A DNA stretch of 63,419 bases, filler included, from Choristocarpus tenellus KU-1152 (lineage: Eukaryota; Protista; Phaeophyceae), in NCBI GenBank assembly GCA_964200185.2. It is 10 parts of 10 records of this genome, joined end to end, with 100 filler letters (N's around TTAATTAATTAA, not from the genome) between each part and the next. Parts side by side here need not be neighbours in the genome. Positions count along the whole stretch, not along the records: positions 21,858 to 27,374 come from CAXNAD020010548.1; positions 27,475 to 38,641 come from CAXNAD020002470.1; positions 38,742 to 43,889 come from CAXNAD020011710.1; 7 more parts are not named here. The stretch is one strand, 5' to 3'. Below the pieces are notes generated by a model. The model was not told the DNA's origin, ran no database searches, and was given only the letters and a program-made list of their open reading frames with translations. Below, in pieces: positions 25,926 to 39,161 of this stretch. Position 1 is the stretch's first letter, and every line of letters begins with the position of its first letter. Made by a program: the position numbers and the translations under genes.

Positions 25926-27256
25926 TATATATATATATACACCTACAAAAGGGCAGGCCGGATATCTCAATGCTAGACTGAACTGACTCACTCCCTCCAA
26001 CACATGAGCTACCCATACAATAGACATAAGTACAAAAAAACTTCAAGAAAAAAAACAAGACTGTTCCAGCGCACATCAACAGCCTTGTTCAGGTCGGGGT
26101 CGTTGTAGAGATGCTTGCGCTCAAAGCCACTGCCGTCCCTGCACCAGGTACTGAATCCATGAGGGGTCAGCTCCATCACGCCCTCCGCCTGTGCAGGCAA
26201 TAGGAGAAGGGTTCAAAAAACTAAATAAATATAAAAGGTGTTACGCTAAGGAAGATAGATCGACCAAGCTTCGCCACTGAGAAGAATCACATCCCAACAA
26301 CAGTCCTCTCTCTACATGTCAGATTCATCTCTTCTGTTGATTGTACCCATCCATGTGAGAAATGGAAAGTCACTTCACATCTCTCCATCTCAAATATCAG
26401 CCTCATTTTTGTGTGTTAGGGTTAGGGTTAGGGTTTGGATTGGAAAACAATACCACAGTTGCACATGTGCAGGATACACCAGTTCGATTCTATCAACAGA
26501 AAATAGAACCAGTGAAGAGAGTCTGACTACCCAGTACAGCAACGCTTTTTGACAAAAGGGGGTACAGGGGTGGGGTCTGCATTCGCAACAGAATATGTGA
26601 AAATGAAGGTACGGCACATGAAAACATGAAAATCAAGGTATTCCCGGTCAAAAACGTTTCTTAAAAAAAAGCAAATTATTGACAACAAAATATGTGTGCG
26701 CTTCACATACACTTTGAAATCACCTCCCCTGTTCCACGTAAGAAACCAAAAACTTGCAACACCTACGCAATAGTAGCAATACACAAAACTCTATCAACTT
26801 CAACTTCAACTTTGAACAGAGTGGTAGAGAGTACCAAACTAAAATTTCCAGTGTCGGCAGAAGAGTGTGACTGAACCACTTTCAAATAATCAGATAAACG
26901 GTATGTAAAATTAACTACATACCACCATCGGTATGTTACCAGAGTCACCCCCAACACAAACAGAACAAAAAAAAACATTTCTAGAAAATAATGTCAATCC
27001 CAAAACAGTACTCAAGTGGTCAGAATTTACCTGCAGTATATGCCGAACACGCCTTCCCGCAATGAGCTCCCCAATGCGGTGGACCCCTGCCACCAGGCGG
27101 TATACCTCTAGACGTCGCTTCTCATCGAGGACAATCAATCGGAGGGTACCGGACACAGGCTGTCCTGAGTCCCACAGACGCTGAGATGATGCTCCCAAAA
27201 GAGCTTTCAACACAACCATCAGGTTCTCACCAGCAGTGGGGAGAAGGATCGCCACA
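21932..27256 (-). CDS. Cellulose synthase-like glycosyltransferase family 2, five internal exons (27031-27256, 26075-26188, 24647-25181, 23424-23544, 21932-22121); both ends missing
   Basis: Phase-compatible GT-AG exons give VAILLPTAGENLMVV, LIVLDEKRR, IYYSRK...PKAGNM|NAAL and LLVNDARHQLESDFLQRTVPYFF...RWAK. These correspond to the CesA/BcsA 'IPTYNE', 'LDDG', 'KAGNLN' and 'DAD...FL..TVPYF' blocks. Confidence 0.85.
22400..22489. repeat. Tandem repeat, 21-bp unit CATGTKACTAYAATTGTRTAC, about 4 copies
   Basis: Directly visible; no spacers. Confidence 0.9.
22742..22852 (+). pseudogene. hup: Truncated bacterial HU (histone-like DNA-binding protein) fragment, Rickettsiales-like
   Basis: MNKLGFIKQIANQQSITQDEANKIIDVFTSSVIS matches HU helices 1-2. 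It is preceded by AGAAAGGA about 10 nt upstream of the ATG, is AT-rich, and stops before the GFG motif. Confidence 0.7.
24415..24485. repeat. Tandem repeat, ~21-bp unit AACCACTCCAACAAACAYCTT, about 3 copies
   Basis: Directly visible in an intron. Confidence 0.75.
24906..25018 (-). repeat. Coding tandem repeat, 21-bp unit encoding ALERP(D/N)A(L/M), 5 copies
   Basis: In frame within GT2 exon 24647-25181. Confidence 0.9.
25871..25942. repeat. (CA)n/(TA)n microsatellite
   Basis: Directly visible. Confidence 0.95.
26416..26435 (+). repeat. Interstitial (TTAGGG)3; similar tract at 7411-7422
   Basis: Directly visible in introns. Confidence 0.7.
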
Positions 27257-27319
27257 CTGACAGACAAGCACAAAAAAAAACAAGAGACACAAAATAATGG
27301 GGGGGGGGGGGGGGGGGGG

Positions 27320-27374
<55 letters not shown>

Positions 27375-27991
27375 NNNNNNNNNNNNNNNNNNNNNNNNNN
27401 NNNNNNNNNNNNNNNNNNTTAATTAATTAANNNNNNNNNNNNNNNNNNNNNNNNNNNNNNNNNNNNNNNNNNNNGAAAAGGTGCGCCCGGAACAAGGATA
27501 TTGACATCTCCTAACAAACATGGTAGCCAAAATTTCATAAAAACTTCAACATTGGATTTCGCCCGAAAATGGACGCGACTCTACCCTCTAAGATACTCTA
27601 ACTAATTCCTCATCCTCCCATCTGGGAGGACACTCCCAGCAGATGGACTCTCAAAGTCTCCAGAAGTTAAATCAAGACAAACTCATTAGTGGCCATACAA
27701 ATACCGTTGTGAATGCGGTGAGGGCTTCGTGGAAGGCTGCTCTGCTCAGAGTAGAAAAAATCTCTACCAAATACTCAAAGCCCTTTCAATTATACTCTGA
27801 GTAGATACGATCATTATTCGACCAAGCAAATAAATTGCTTCAAGTGAATCACAGGGATTCACAAACAAAAGAAAAAACGCAAGATGTAAATCCCAACCAC
27901 TACCAGAGATCATCACACGTGCATATCTTTCAAAATATATAAAAACGGAAACATGACCACTAAAAAAAGCATGTAGAAAACACAGGACTCC

Positions 27992-28152
27992 AAGCCAAAG
28001 TAAATGAGAGGTATTCAGGGTTGCATTTTATGGATGCTGGCAATTATGTGAAATATCCAGCTTTTTGTATAAATGTGTATAGGAATTTTCTTGGTTCTGT
28101 CGAAATTTTGCAAAACACGCAAAACCTGGATACCTCTCATTTACTTTTGGTC
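27992..28152. mobile_element. MITE family C, complete
   Basis: TIRs AAGCCAAAGTAAATGAGAGGTATTCAGG ... CCTGGATACCTCTCATTTACTTTTGGTC; TSD TCC on both sides. Confidence 0.85.
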
Positions 28153-29647
28153 TCCCGGGTATAAAAAGACACTGACCCCAACCAGAAAAAGCAATTTACC
28201 AACATGAACATTGGTAGAGCACAGCTGCTGTTACACAATGCAGCAATGACTCCGGAAAAGCAGCTTCATTCTCCAGTTTTTTTTTTCAACATTCTGCAGC
28301 ATTGTAGCAGTATTTTCGGAGGAATTTCAACTTCTCCACATACATACGACCAAGTCTTCCTGTCATAGAAGGAATAGCCCTTAGAGCATACATCTCCCTG
28401 TCAAAATATTGCTGCAATTTTCACAATTGGCAACATGATTGTCAGATTCTTTTAAAATGTCAAGATATCACACCAAACTAGGTGATGCTTCATGTTACCA
28501 CTTGATGCAAAGTCAATATTTTCGTTGCCAAAAGAAAAATATGTAGGTAAGGGGCGATTTATCTTTCCTTAAACTCTAGGCATGCCTTCCAGATAATTCC
28601 CCAAACAAAACAATAACAATGGTATAGTAATAGTACAATGTATCTCCCAATCCAATGTTTGTGATACAGTACTGAAATAATAGAAAGCATGTCATCACCA
28701 TACGATACACATAATACACATAAACCTTGAAGATAAAGGACATTACAATTCTTAGTTGTGACAAAGATTTATGTTCTAGATCTGTCCTCATGTTTTGAGA
28801 TATTTCTACTATTTCTATTAAGCCATGGTTCTCCAATATTAGGAGAGCAACTCCTCACCTTTTCCCAGTCAAGGTCACCCCTGTCATTCAAAACAAGATC
28901 AAGGACACTTGGCAGAAGGTTCTCAGCTCATGATACCCCCACACTGTGGATATTTCATCATAGTCTTCGATATAAAAAAAGGTGGATACATCTTGTATGT
29001 TAACACCATTTAAGAATGCACAAGAGAATCAAATCGTTCATGAGGTAATGTGTGACAAAGAGGTGAAAGACCCCCATTATCAGTATTAGCACAGGCTCAA
29101 TGTCGGCATGTTCCTAACCCGTGTGTGTGTTACTATTCCAGGAAGGCGCCTTATATTGATATCTCCTTCTATCTACGCTCCCGCTACCTTACGCCCTACG
29201 TATATATATATTTTGATATTAATATTTGACACAGCAAGCGGGTAAATAAGATAAAAACATTCAATGACGTTAGCCCTACAGCTCTCAAGAGTACGAAGAC
29301 AACCAACAACATACATATACAACAGCACAAAAATTTGAACACAGGTAGGCCTTGACACAATGCAGCCTTCCCTATCACAGCTAGCAACACAACACAACAC
29401 AGCTGCCACATGTTTGATACTCTAGACCCACATTGGGGGGTTGCTCCTCAGAAAACTAAACGGTGTCCTTGTCACCTCACAAACCATACATCCACACAAA
29501 ATGGTACCTACATTACAAACCAAATGCGTCACCACCTCCCAAGCAACAGATACCATGAGAGGAAGTCATCACAAAAGATAAATTACCTACCACAACCTAA
29601 GTCAATCTCTGGTCTGTCCCACCAGTGGTTCTTCCTGGAGCATGAGA

Positions 29648-32149
29648 TCACCTGTCCATTGCACCGGAGCTCCAATCTGACCTTTTCTTCGGATGTTGTC
29701 TATACTCAAGTGGTCGAACCATTGGCGGTGGGCTGTCATCATCTCCTGAGAATAGTTCTTCTGCACATTTATTCAAGTGACTTTGCACCCCCTCACTATC
29801 CCTTCCCTCCTGACCCACTTCTCGGGTTTTCAGAGGAGAGTCGTGAGAGGGCACAGGGGAAACAGATATCAACCCTGGTGATGTCCCAGGAGAGGGCATT
29901 GTGCGTCTTCGTTGGCGCTCTGCTACTGATCCCAGCTCCTCTCCAACTGATGACCCTGGTGCACCCTCTGACGCAATTCCAGATCTCATTGGAGCAGCAC
30001 ATGTCCTCCTTCGTGTAGGTGTTCGCTTCACACTTGAGGTCATTGATGCTGCACCACTCCGCCTTGGAGACAATGGCTTGAACAACGATGATGGGATCGC
30101 TGCACCAGCACTAGCCAACGGAGGGGCAATGCCTCCTGCCCCAAGGGCAGTTTGGCGTGCTTGGGTTGCCAGTGAGTCAAATGTGGCACTGCTACATCGC
30201 CGCATCAGCTGAACAGCTGAATGTTGGTCCATGTGCTCAAGAGGCATTTCATCATCACCCCCAGGAATAATTGGCGCAGGCACAAAACGGTACGGTGCAG
30301 TTCCCTGTACGTATGGGTGTGCAAGGAGCTCTCTCGCAGAGGGTCGTAGCTCTGCCTCCCATGTAAAGCATAAGCTAAGGAATTCCAAGAGACCTTGAGG
30401 TAGGTGTTGGGGGAGGGGGGGTGGTCCTGGATTCTCAACAAATTGTGCAATCATTTCGTAAGGGTGCTGGAAGGCAGTACTCCAGGGGGGTTCAGTCGTT
30501 GCCATCTCCATTACAGCACACCCAAGAGACCAGACATCAACGCGGCGGCCACACTTGCGCTTCAGCAGTATCTCAGGAGCCATGTAGAGTGGTGTCCCCT
30601 TCATGGACATCTCTACTCCCTCACCACCCTGATCGTCCTCCTGCAGAAGTAGCGCACACCCGAAGTCTGCCAGTTTCACGTTGCCACGATCATCCACAAG
30701 GATGTTCTTGGCTTTGATGTCTCGATGAATGACACGATTCTCGTGCAGGTACACCAGCCCCTGCAGCAACTGCCTCATATATAACCTTGTTGTGCTCTCC
30801 CCCAGGGCACCAAACTGTTCCAATAGAGAGTGCAGAGAACCAGCAGGAACCCACTCTTGGAAAATGCATAGCGTACGTTGGCTATCCTGGAGTTCTGCTC
30901 CAAGGTAGCCCACAATGTGAGGGTGTACTAATCGGTGCATGACCTATATTGATAGAGCAGGAAGAGAGACACAGAACATGAGGAACTTGGTGAAAAGATA
31001 AATTATCATGGGTGAAGTGCACGCAGACATAGGAAGTGCCCTGATAGCTATACCTAATTTTGTGTAAGTGGGTGAAGATCGGATGTGTTAGACAAAATGA
31101 GCAGCACTCGTAAAGAATCTCAATTCATGTGATAGGGACAAATGGGGAGCTTGGTAGTATGACAAAACACGGCACACAACGAACATATTTTGAAGGCCAG
31201 GACTCTTGGAGAGTGAGGTCGATCTGACATTGGCATGTACTTTTGGGCATCAAGTGGATGAGAGGTTTCCCCTGAGATTTTCAGACAGGGAAAATTGCCC
31301 AGACCATGCGAGGTGCAACTTCTTCACAAAGATATACTCACAATCACGCTCCATTCCCTTTTCAGTTGTTGACAACTTGAACCATAAAAAAATCTACTAG
31401 GGCGTTTCACGTGACTCAAGCAACATTAGGCATACCTGGATCTCCATGTACAGCCCGCGCAACTGCCTTTCTTGTACCTCTAGAGTTATCTCTTTCACCG
31501 CCATGAGCTCTCCGGTATCCTCATTCATGCCCAGGTAAACATTTCCGCATGTTCCAGACCCAATACGCTTCCCCTTTTTCCAGCGCCCTCGCCTCACTTT
31601 CCCCTGTTCACGCGTATATCCTGGGCTTGCCAGCGGATCCTTCGGGGACACGTTGCCTACGTCGGACTGGGTGGAACAACTCCAAGGAGCTAGCGTAGCT
31701 TTCTGTCCCCGAACGTCAGGCAAGCGCACGACAACCTCTCCAGGAGGAGATGATGATGGCTTTGCTACAGGGGGAGGCATCAACCTCGACGATTGCTGCT
31801 TGTTGCCACGCGGGGCAGCAGGTTCCCTAGGATGCTTGGCACACATTGGTCCTTCCCCAAGAGGGATCAAGGCATTGAGGTCAAGGGCCAGGTCAACATG
31901 GTTCAGAGGGGACTGTGGTTGACTGTTGGGCTGTCCACCCGTCATCCCCAACCCGGCAAGACGCCGCGGCGCCCTGTCAGCATCGCCGTCCGTAGAAACT
32001 CTTGATATGGGCTCAAGGCGTGCCCATTGTTCGCGAGGTGTTGAGTCATCCTCATTTGGGCATGGTGAAGGGGGTCGCCCAACGTACTCGTCTGTGGCTA
32101 CACTCTCAGGACTTGCATTCCCCCCCCCACCGTCGCGTATTCGACGCAT
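29648..32149 (-). CDS. STE11/MEKK-type MAP kinase kinase kinase; exons 31436-32149 and ~29652-30943, possibly with further 3' exons
   Basis: RWKKGKRIGSGTCGNVYLG, MAVK, LYMEIQ|VMHRLVHPHIV (phase-0 GT-AG intron), HRDIKAKN, DFG, MKGTPLYMAPE, DVWSLGC. Confidence 0.93.
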
Positions 32150-35100
32150 CCTCCTTTAATAAGCGCCACCAAAATATTGGAGATACCTTGACACACAGTC
32201 GTTGCTATTGTATGTCCCACCACCACCTCGTTGTTAGATGGTATCACAACGTTCCCGATCACAATTCGAACAGACTTCGCTTCACGGTGGAACCAGGTTG
32301 GAGTGTGAAGTCACATAAAGTCAACAAAACCCGTAAGAGAACACAGAATTCCCACGATTCGCCAACTAATACTACTGCATCCAGTGGACTCGTTCCCTAA
32401 GGGCGAGAGGCACCGAATCCTCTCCCTCACACACCCCATTCAACCGATATGTATGTCTCTCTCATCCCCTCCGTTCGTCACCAGGGTCAACAAGGTAATT
32501 CCTTCTGATCGCAGGAAAATAAAATAATAGAAGATCTTGATAGGGTTTAGATTCATAAATTACTACAACTTTATATTTTTCCTGACTTTTTTGTTTCTCA
32601 CTCAACAAAAAATATTAAAAACTGATTGATTGACGATAAGAAGTAGTATCTCCAAAATGTCAGAGGGCAGAGTAATAAAAATAAGTAGTAATACTAGTAT
32701 CTTTATTACTACTACTATATATTTTCTAATGTAGTGATATATCCACAACATTAATGTAAGTGAGGACTACGATCAAAAACCCTACCTACTTCTTATCCTA
32801 TCTACTCTAGCTGGACATTGACTCCATTCCTGACTTGTTTCTCCTGTGATGGGTTTATGAGCCATTCCACAACTCATCCTTCCCCGTCCTCGCTTGAAAC
32901 TTGTCCCTTGACTCCCTTCGCGTTCGCAACACAACGAACCCTTCCTTCCCACAGTCTTCTTGATGGGGCCTTTTTTTTGGTACAATCCTTATACATTTAC
33001 CACTTCAAGTTTGGATTATGGAAATCAGGTTATTCCATGAAGAAGTCTGGAATTCATTTCGTTCAAATGTTCAAATGGGTGAAATTCATGTACAGACCAG
33101 ACCCATTTTACCCATTCAATCAGTCACTGATCGTCTCATGTAATGTCTCATGTAATTATCTTCTTGTAAGATTAGTGGAGATAAGGCAGTCGGTGGTGGG
33201 ATGGACTTGGCGATATATTATATTAAATATAGAATGAGCGATAAAGCTTACACCATTATCTTAGTGTTTGACGAAAATGTATACATTTTCCAGATGTATC
33301 AAATGTTATATGCTTCTGCCAACGTTCTTTCCTATAATCTTCAGTTATGGTCATGTCTCATATAAATGAGGTTTGTTTTCTTCCCTCCTGTCACGTTCCC
33401 TCTCCTTCACCTTTCATCTTTCACCTTTCACCTTTCACCTTTCCTCTTCCACCAACCCATCCATTCTGATCCTGTTTGTGGTGTATGGAGGAAGTATATA
33501 ATTTAAAATCTGAATATTTTGTACAAATTATTCAAATATATGTATGTATTCAATCTAAGGAATCAAATTTTCAACTTTTCATTTCTTGGTTGATGTAGAA
33601 CGATATTGGTGTTGTAGAGGTTAATGGTTTCCAAGAATGTTCAGTCCATGTATATGAGTGGTTCAAACTTTTTCAATATTACACTTCTTTATAGGAAAAC
33701 AATCTATAGTATTTTAGTTTTCTTTACACCTAAGGCAAGAGTGTTTTATACTAAGTTTTATATGCAGGTTTGCAAATTGTGTTCAAATCTTCAAATCAAC
33801 AAACCCTTACCACAATATTTAATGGTAAAATATATTGAATATTGATATGTATGTCAACAGGTTTACTATTGAGATCTGTCCACACATTCATGAGGATAAT
33901 GCGTACAATAATACACACTTGCGCGCGCTACCTTTAGGGATTGTGTGAAACAAAACTCATGTAGTTTGAGTCAGACGCACGACCAGATCGCGGTAACCCC
34001 AACATGAACGGTGGATTCAAACCAAGAGGCGTCAGATTGTGTTTTCTGTTTCTGACTGGTCACAACCAATCACAGTACATCTTAGAGATTGATCCACATC
34101 CCACCTACTGTGCGTTCAACATGCCTCTCTGACTTTCTTTCTGGATCTCATCTCTGGTGGTTCTCATTACCCCCCATCACACAGAACCGGACTCCATAAA
34201 AGTGATACTCATACCGATCTGTGTTGGGGGGTCACCAGAGATGTAGGCCCACAATGGTGGACAAGAAGGATGTGCAACCAACTCAAATGGTTGACGCTAA
34301 TCGAAAAGTCAGACGACTTCAAGAAATAAAGCACCGTCAGGGAAGCGTAGGTTAAGAGGAAGGATAATCCAATATCCCGATATTTGCAAATCCTGAATCC
34401 CATCAAAAGGGCTAATACACCCTTGGCGGTTCGCTTGAACTCGAGGGTGGTGTCCAAGGTCGAGGTGACGGCCTTCAATGTCAAGCGGACCAAACCCTGT
34501 ATCAAGCGTCGGCCGAACATGACGAGTACAAGGAGGATTGAAAAGTTCGATATCCGCGACAACTTCTTCATTCGACTCCGAGTTGTCACATATCTCTAAC
34601 ATAGTTGGGAGTTGGAAGTGTGGAGGTCAGCCTCACTGCTGGGACCTTTCCATGGATAAACTAGCAAGATATGATGAGTATATTGACCCACCCTACCCCG
34701 ACCACTTTCCCTGGGGCTATGTACTTGATCCCTTGATCATGACACATCTTTCTCACAAAGACTTACCCCCATGAGTTCTGGAGCACAGGATTTGTCCTAT
34801 TCCCCTGTTGTCAAATTTCAAAAATGGGTTAAACCTTTCCCTGACGAGTGTATCTACAATCTAACTTTCTAAGAGCATTCGATTGGTCGGCTTTTATCGG
34901 CGATTGAAGCATGTGCTACCCTGCCAGAAATATCTATTGCTCCTCCCATGAACCCATGCAGGATAACATAGAACCGCAGGAGGAGCGAGTGAGAAATGAG
35001 AGAATTTAGGAATGCTCCGCTAATATTGTTTCCCCGTAGTAAGGATAAAGGAGAAATGTGGTATAATATCTAGGGGTTTGTTGTCTAGGTCATGAAACAC

Positions 35101-35359
35101 TGAAGAAACCGTAAAACCTAGTACACAACTTAGCAATAGGACAAGGTCAGCAAATAAAAAATTGCCACAAATAGGGCGTGTAATAACTGTTGTATCTCCT
35201 ATTTCTTGCTCCTCACAACCACTTTTTGACATGAGGAAGATTCATTTCAACCTCGAACGTGTTGTTCCACTTTTTCATATGGCCGGCACACATCAGCCTT
35301 TCAACATTATTCTAACTCCCCTCGCGTGCTGAATGTTTCATCTTGCCATGTATGAATTC

Positions 35360-36870
35360 CTGGGTTGTAGATAAAGAACCTTTATTGAACATTACTGCCG
35401 ATACTGCCACTGACATTCAAGTAATTTGACTCAGATACATCCAGGCCCACCCAACTCTTTGCGAGGTACCCATTCGGGAGATTCCAGCTGGCGCTCTGGA
35501 TTTAAAAGGACCGGGTGGTAGATCTCTATCTGCTCATGGTTTTATTCAATTTACACTACGACTCAGTAATATATCAATGCCAGTCCAAGCAGTTGTCATA
35601 CCTAACTTGGTGGTAGATAAAATTTTATTGGATAACAGCATCGTTTCAGCTTTCGGGGCAGTGCTAGATTTGGATAAAGAGGATGGTGATACATGTATTC
35701 CAGCAACTCAGAAGATTATGCCACTTCCCATCTGTTCCCCTCAAGACATTTTTGTCTAACTGAAAATCCATCACCTCATATTTCAATTTCAGTTATCACA
35801 TCTGAGTTCACTACACCAGTCCATACAGTAAAATAAAATACCTTCCCCTCGGTGCGGAAACACTCGCCCAGTTTGTTCTCCGGCACTCAGAGGAACAGCC
35901 ACTAATGCAGTGGTGGAACCTACCATTCATACTGGCATAGACCTTCAGCAAGAGGATGACTACATACCCTCTGTCAACATATTCTGGCAAATAATTTCAT
36001 AATAAACTCCTGGCTGAGTTGTGTAGAGTGTATGGGTATCAAAGAACCAAGACCATGACATATTGACCGCAAGGGAATAGCATATGTCAACGAATTCAAT
36101 CCACGATGCCTGTTATACTGACCATGTATTCTAATATGGATCAATCTGACTGGGTTTTTGTATTGCCCTTTGTACAGGTGGTACACAATACAGCCTATAT
36201 TGGCACTGTTCAGGAAACTGCATTTTTTCTCATGTTTGGAAGGCGCCCAATCTTACCAATTGATCTTATTTTGGGGGTCCCTGAGGCCATCCCCATAACC
36301 GTAGAAGAATATAGCACGAGAATACTGGGAGATTTACAGCTAGCTCCAGAACTTGCCCGGCGAAATATTGGTGAGATGGAACTGAAGAATGAATCAAAGA
36401 ATGTGAACAATAAATTCCCACTATACGAGCCTGGAGATACATTATGGTGTCACAAACCACATACTTCAACTGATGCACTGAACCCCAAGTTATCATCCCC
36501 ATTTAAAGGACCTTATGAAGTGAAGGCACGTTTAACACCTGTTGTTATCACGTAAAATGCCTGGAAGACCGACGTGAAGCGACAGGTCATGTGGCCAAAT
36601 TTAAATCCTTAAAGGAGCAGCCACTGAACCTGACATAGATGCCCTTCATTCACTCTTTTTTGGTCAGGTATTACCCAGACCAATCTTGATCAGGGGTCAA
36701 AGACACAGTCAAATATTGGGTCTTACCATACTTAGAGCATTGGTGACCATAAGCGAGGTGAGGGAAAAAGTACACTTGCAATTATTCACCGACCAGTGAT
36801 GTGGCACAAACCCGCTGAAATACCTGAATGTGCAGAGATGGTTGCGGCCTATAGGGAGGAGAACAAGTTG
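35360..36870 (+). mobile_element. Degenerate Ty3/Gypsy retrotransposon: protease, integrase with GPY/F motif, chromodomain-like end; RT/RNase H absent
   Basis: ITADTA...IPNLVVDKILLDNSIVSAFGAVLD (protease); DWVFVLPFVQVVHNT...FFLMFGR...FKGPYEV (integrase); SIGDHKRGEGK...EIPECAEMVAAYR. Contains stops and frameshifts. A gag relic probably lies upstream from ~34200. Confidence 0.85.
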
Positions 36871-37254
36871 GATCTCTCTAATGTAAGAGCCACTGACCAA
36901 GGGACCTTGTCATAAAGGACTCCTGCACTTAAAAGAGCCGAAGATTTGAATTACCGCCAACTGGACATCCACCTACAAGTAACAAAGCCTTGTCTAATTC
37001 TTGTGATAACCCTCCTTGTGGACCGGAAAGTGTGATGGATTCCTCTACGCTAAGTAGGTTGCTGGCGTGGTGAGTTGCCACCAGATTCCACAGGTCGGAA
37101 AGATATTTATCTTTTTCACTGCCAAGATGGTGGAAGTAATGATGGTAAAATTTTGAAGGCCGTAACATGGCTTAGTCCAGGTGGTTTTTCGTGCTTGCCA
37201 ATAAGATGACTCAGGGCTTGTGGGGTAGGAAGATAGCTCTTTTCCGGAGACACA

Positions 37255-37512
37255 GATTGAAAGTATCTTAGAGGGTATGGGGCTACCCTGTTTGTCCATT
37301 CGGGGCTTGCCTTCCCGTGGTCTCTTATTAGGACATTCTCCTACTCCAAAATGTTTCGGAGTAGGTAAAATGTATACGTTATGAAAAGGTGTGTCCGGAA
37401 CAAGGATATTGACACTACCTAACAAACATGATAGCCAAAATTACATCAAAATCGCAACATTGGATTTTGAACCCCAATGGACGTGGCTCTACTCTCTAAG
37501 ATACTTTGACTC
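37255..37512. mobile_element. MITE family B, complete
   Basis: TIRs GATTGAAAGTATCTTAGAGGGTA ... TACTCTCTAAGATACTTTGACTC; TSD ACA on both sides. Confidence 0.88.
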
Positions 37513-37582
37513 ACAAACAAAGGCTGGTGCTATCTGTGAGAAGCATGCATATTTTTGAAAATATTAAAAAATATTAAAAAAT

Positions 37583-37805
37583 GAGTCAAATTATCTTAGA
37601 GGGTAGGAGTTTTGCCCTTTTTGTCTGTTTGGGGGTTGGCTTCTTAAGGGTGTTTTTCGCCCTTTTTCGGTTTTCTGTGTGAACACAGTTACCTAAAATG
37701 TGTATGACTTGCTAACAAAAAAGATAGCCAAAATTCATCAAAATCGCAACATTGGATTTATGATCCCAAACAGACGTGGCCCTACCCTCTTAAATGCTTT
37801 GGGTC
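37583..37805. mobile_element. MITE family B, older variant
   Basis: GAGTCAAATTATCTTAGAGGGTAG ... CTACCCTCTTAAATGCTTTGGGTC; flanks AAT and AAG (one mismatch). Confidence 0.75.
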
Positions 37806-39161
37806 AAGGCACATACAACAAATACTTTAAAATCCAACTTTTCTGGGTGTCCAAGCACCTTGGAGGCAAGTTGTTGTACCAGAGGTGACAGTAACAGACA
37901 ATGCGTGTTCCAATCACTCTTGACACTATCCCCACAACACTCCCCAATAGGAGACTTGATGTACCAAAGCTGTGGTGATATTGAGCTGCTTCATCCACTC
38001 AGATCCCTGGGGGTGCATAGGAGATAGATAGGTCCATGTCTTTTTTCTCAATGCACTTTCCACCCGTAAACACAGATTTTTCCTATCTTGGAGTAGAGTG
38101 CGACCTAGGGCTGATCACCACTAGTGTTCCACCTTTCCGTTTTTTTCCGTTTTTGACCCTTTTTTCGATTTTCACTTTTTGGTGTGATTTTGTGGCACGT
38201 TTCGGATTTGCAATGAGAGGAAAAAAAGAGGGCTGCTGTTGGTTAGGGTCCCTTCTGCCCTTGTGTACGCACGAGGAATGGGAATATATGCCACCATTTG
38301 TTTCGGGTTGGTTAGGAGTCTCGACGTTTGCATGTGTCGGATTTTGAATGGGTTCAAACAGGGTTATTGGTTGGTGCATGTTGGTCCTATAGTTAGCGTG
38401 ATGAATGAAAAATACGCCATTGGTTGTTTTAGGGTTAGTTATTGTTTTGTTTGGTTGCATGAGTCGGGGCTGCCATGTACACAAAGAGGGCTGCCTACTA
38501 GGGCGTGTTGTCCCAGTGTTAGCACGAGGAATTGAAAAATATACCATGGACTGTTTTGAGGTTACCTTTTTCGTTTATTTGATTGCATGAGAGCCAAAGT
38601 ATCTTAGAGGGTAGAGCCGCGTCCATTTGGGGGTCAAAATCNNNNNNNNNNNNNNNNNNNNNNNNNNNNNNNNNNNNNNNNNNNNTTAATTAATTAANNN
38701 NNNNNNNNNNNNNNNNNNNNNNNNNNNNNNNNNNNNNNNNNGGGGGGGGGGTTGAGCGTCCATTTGGTCCCGTTCCCTACAGTAAATTGTACTCCACGCA
38801 CCTCAGACAGGCAATAGTCTACAGTTCTAGAGAGAGAGCTACTTCAAGGCGCAGAGATGCAGAGGGGAGACAAACGAGCTGGCAACAACCTCATGGACTG
38901 ATGGGGTGGGACCCCAACGCTTGTCTCCTTCACACAAATACTCTACCAACTCTATTTTATTATGTCACATGCAAATTATAAGAAAACATATCATAGGTGA
39001 GTAAATGTAGTCCTTCAGAATATGTTAAGGTTTTTTTTCCAGACGTCATATTTTCCCCACCATCAGCAAATATACACGAATATATTTTTTAAATCGTAGC
39101 ACTGTGTCCCCTCCAACAACTCCTAATCCCCTTACTTCGTTTCTCCTACCAGTTTCCCTAC

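Noticed and set aside
27236-27374. Poly-Gly/poly-Lys ORF
   Set aside because: Translation of homopolymer runs at a contig end.
29410-30717. Plus-strand ORFs overlapping the kinase (likewise 18275-19181 and 24540-25081)
   Set aside because: Antisense shadows of GC-rich coding exons with no motifs of their own.
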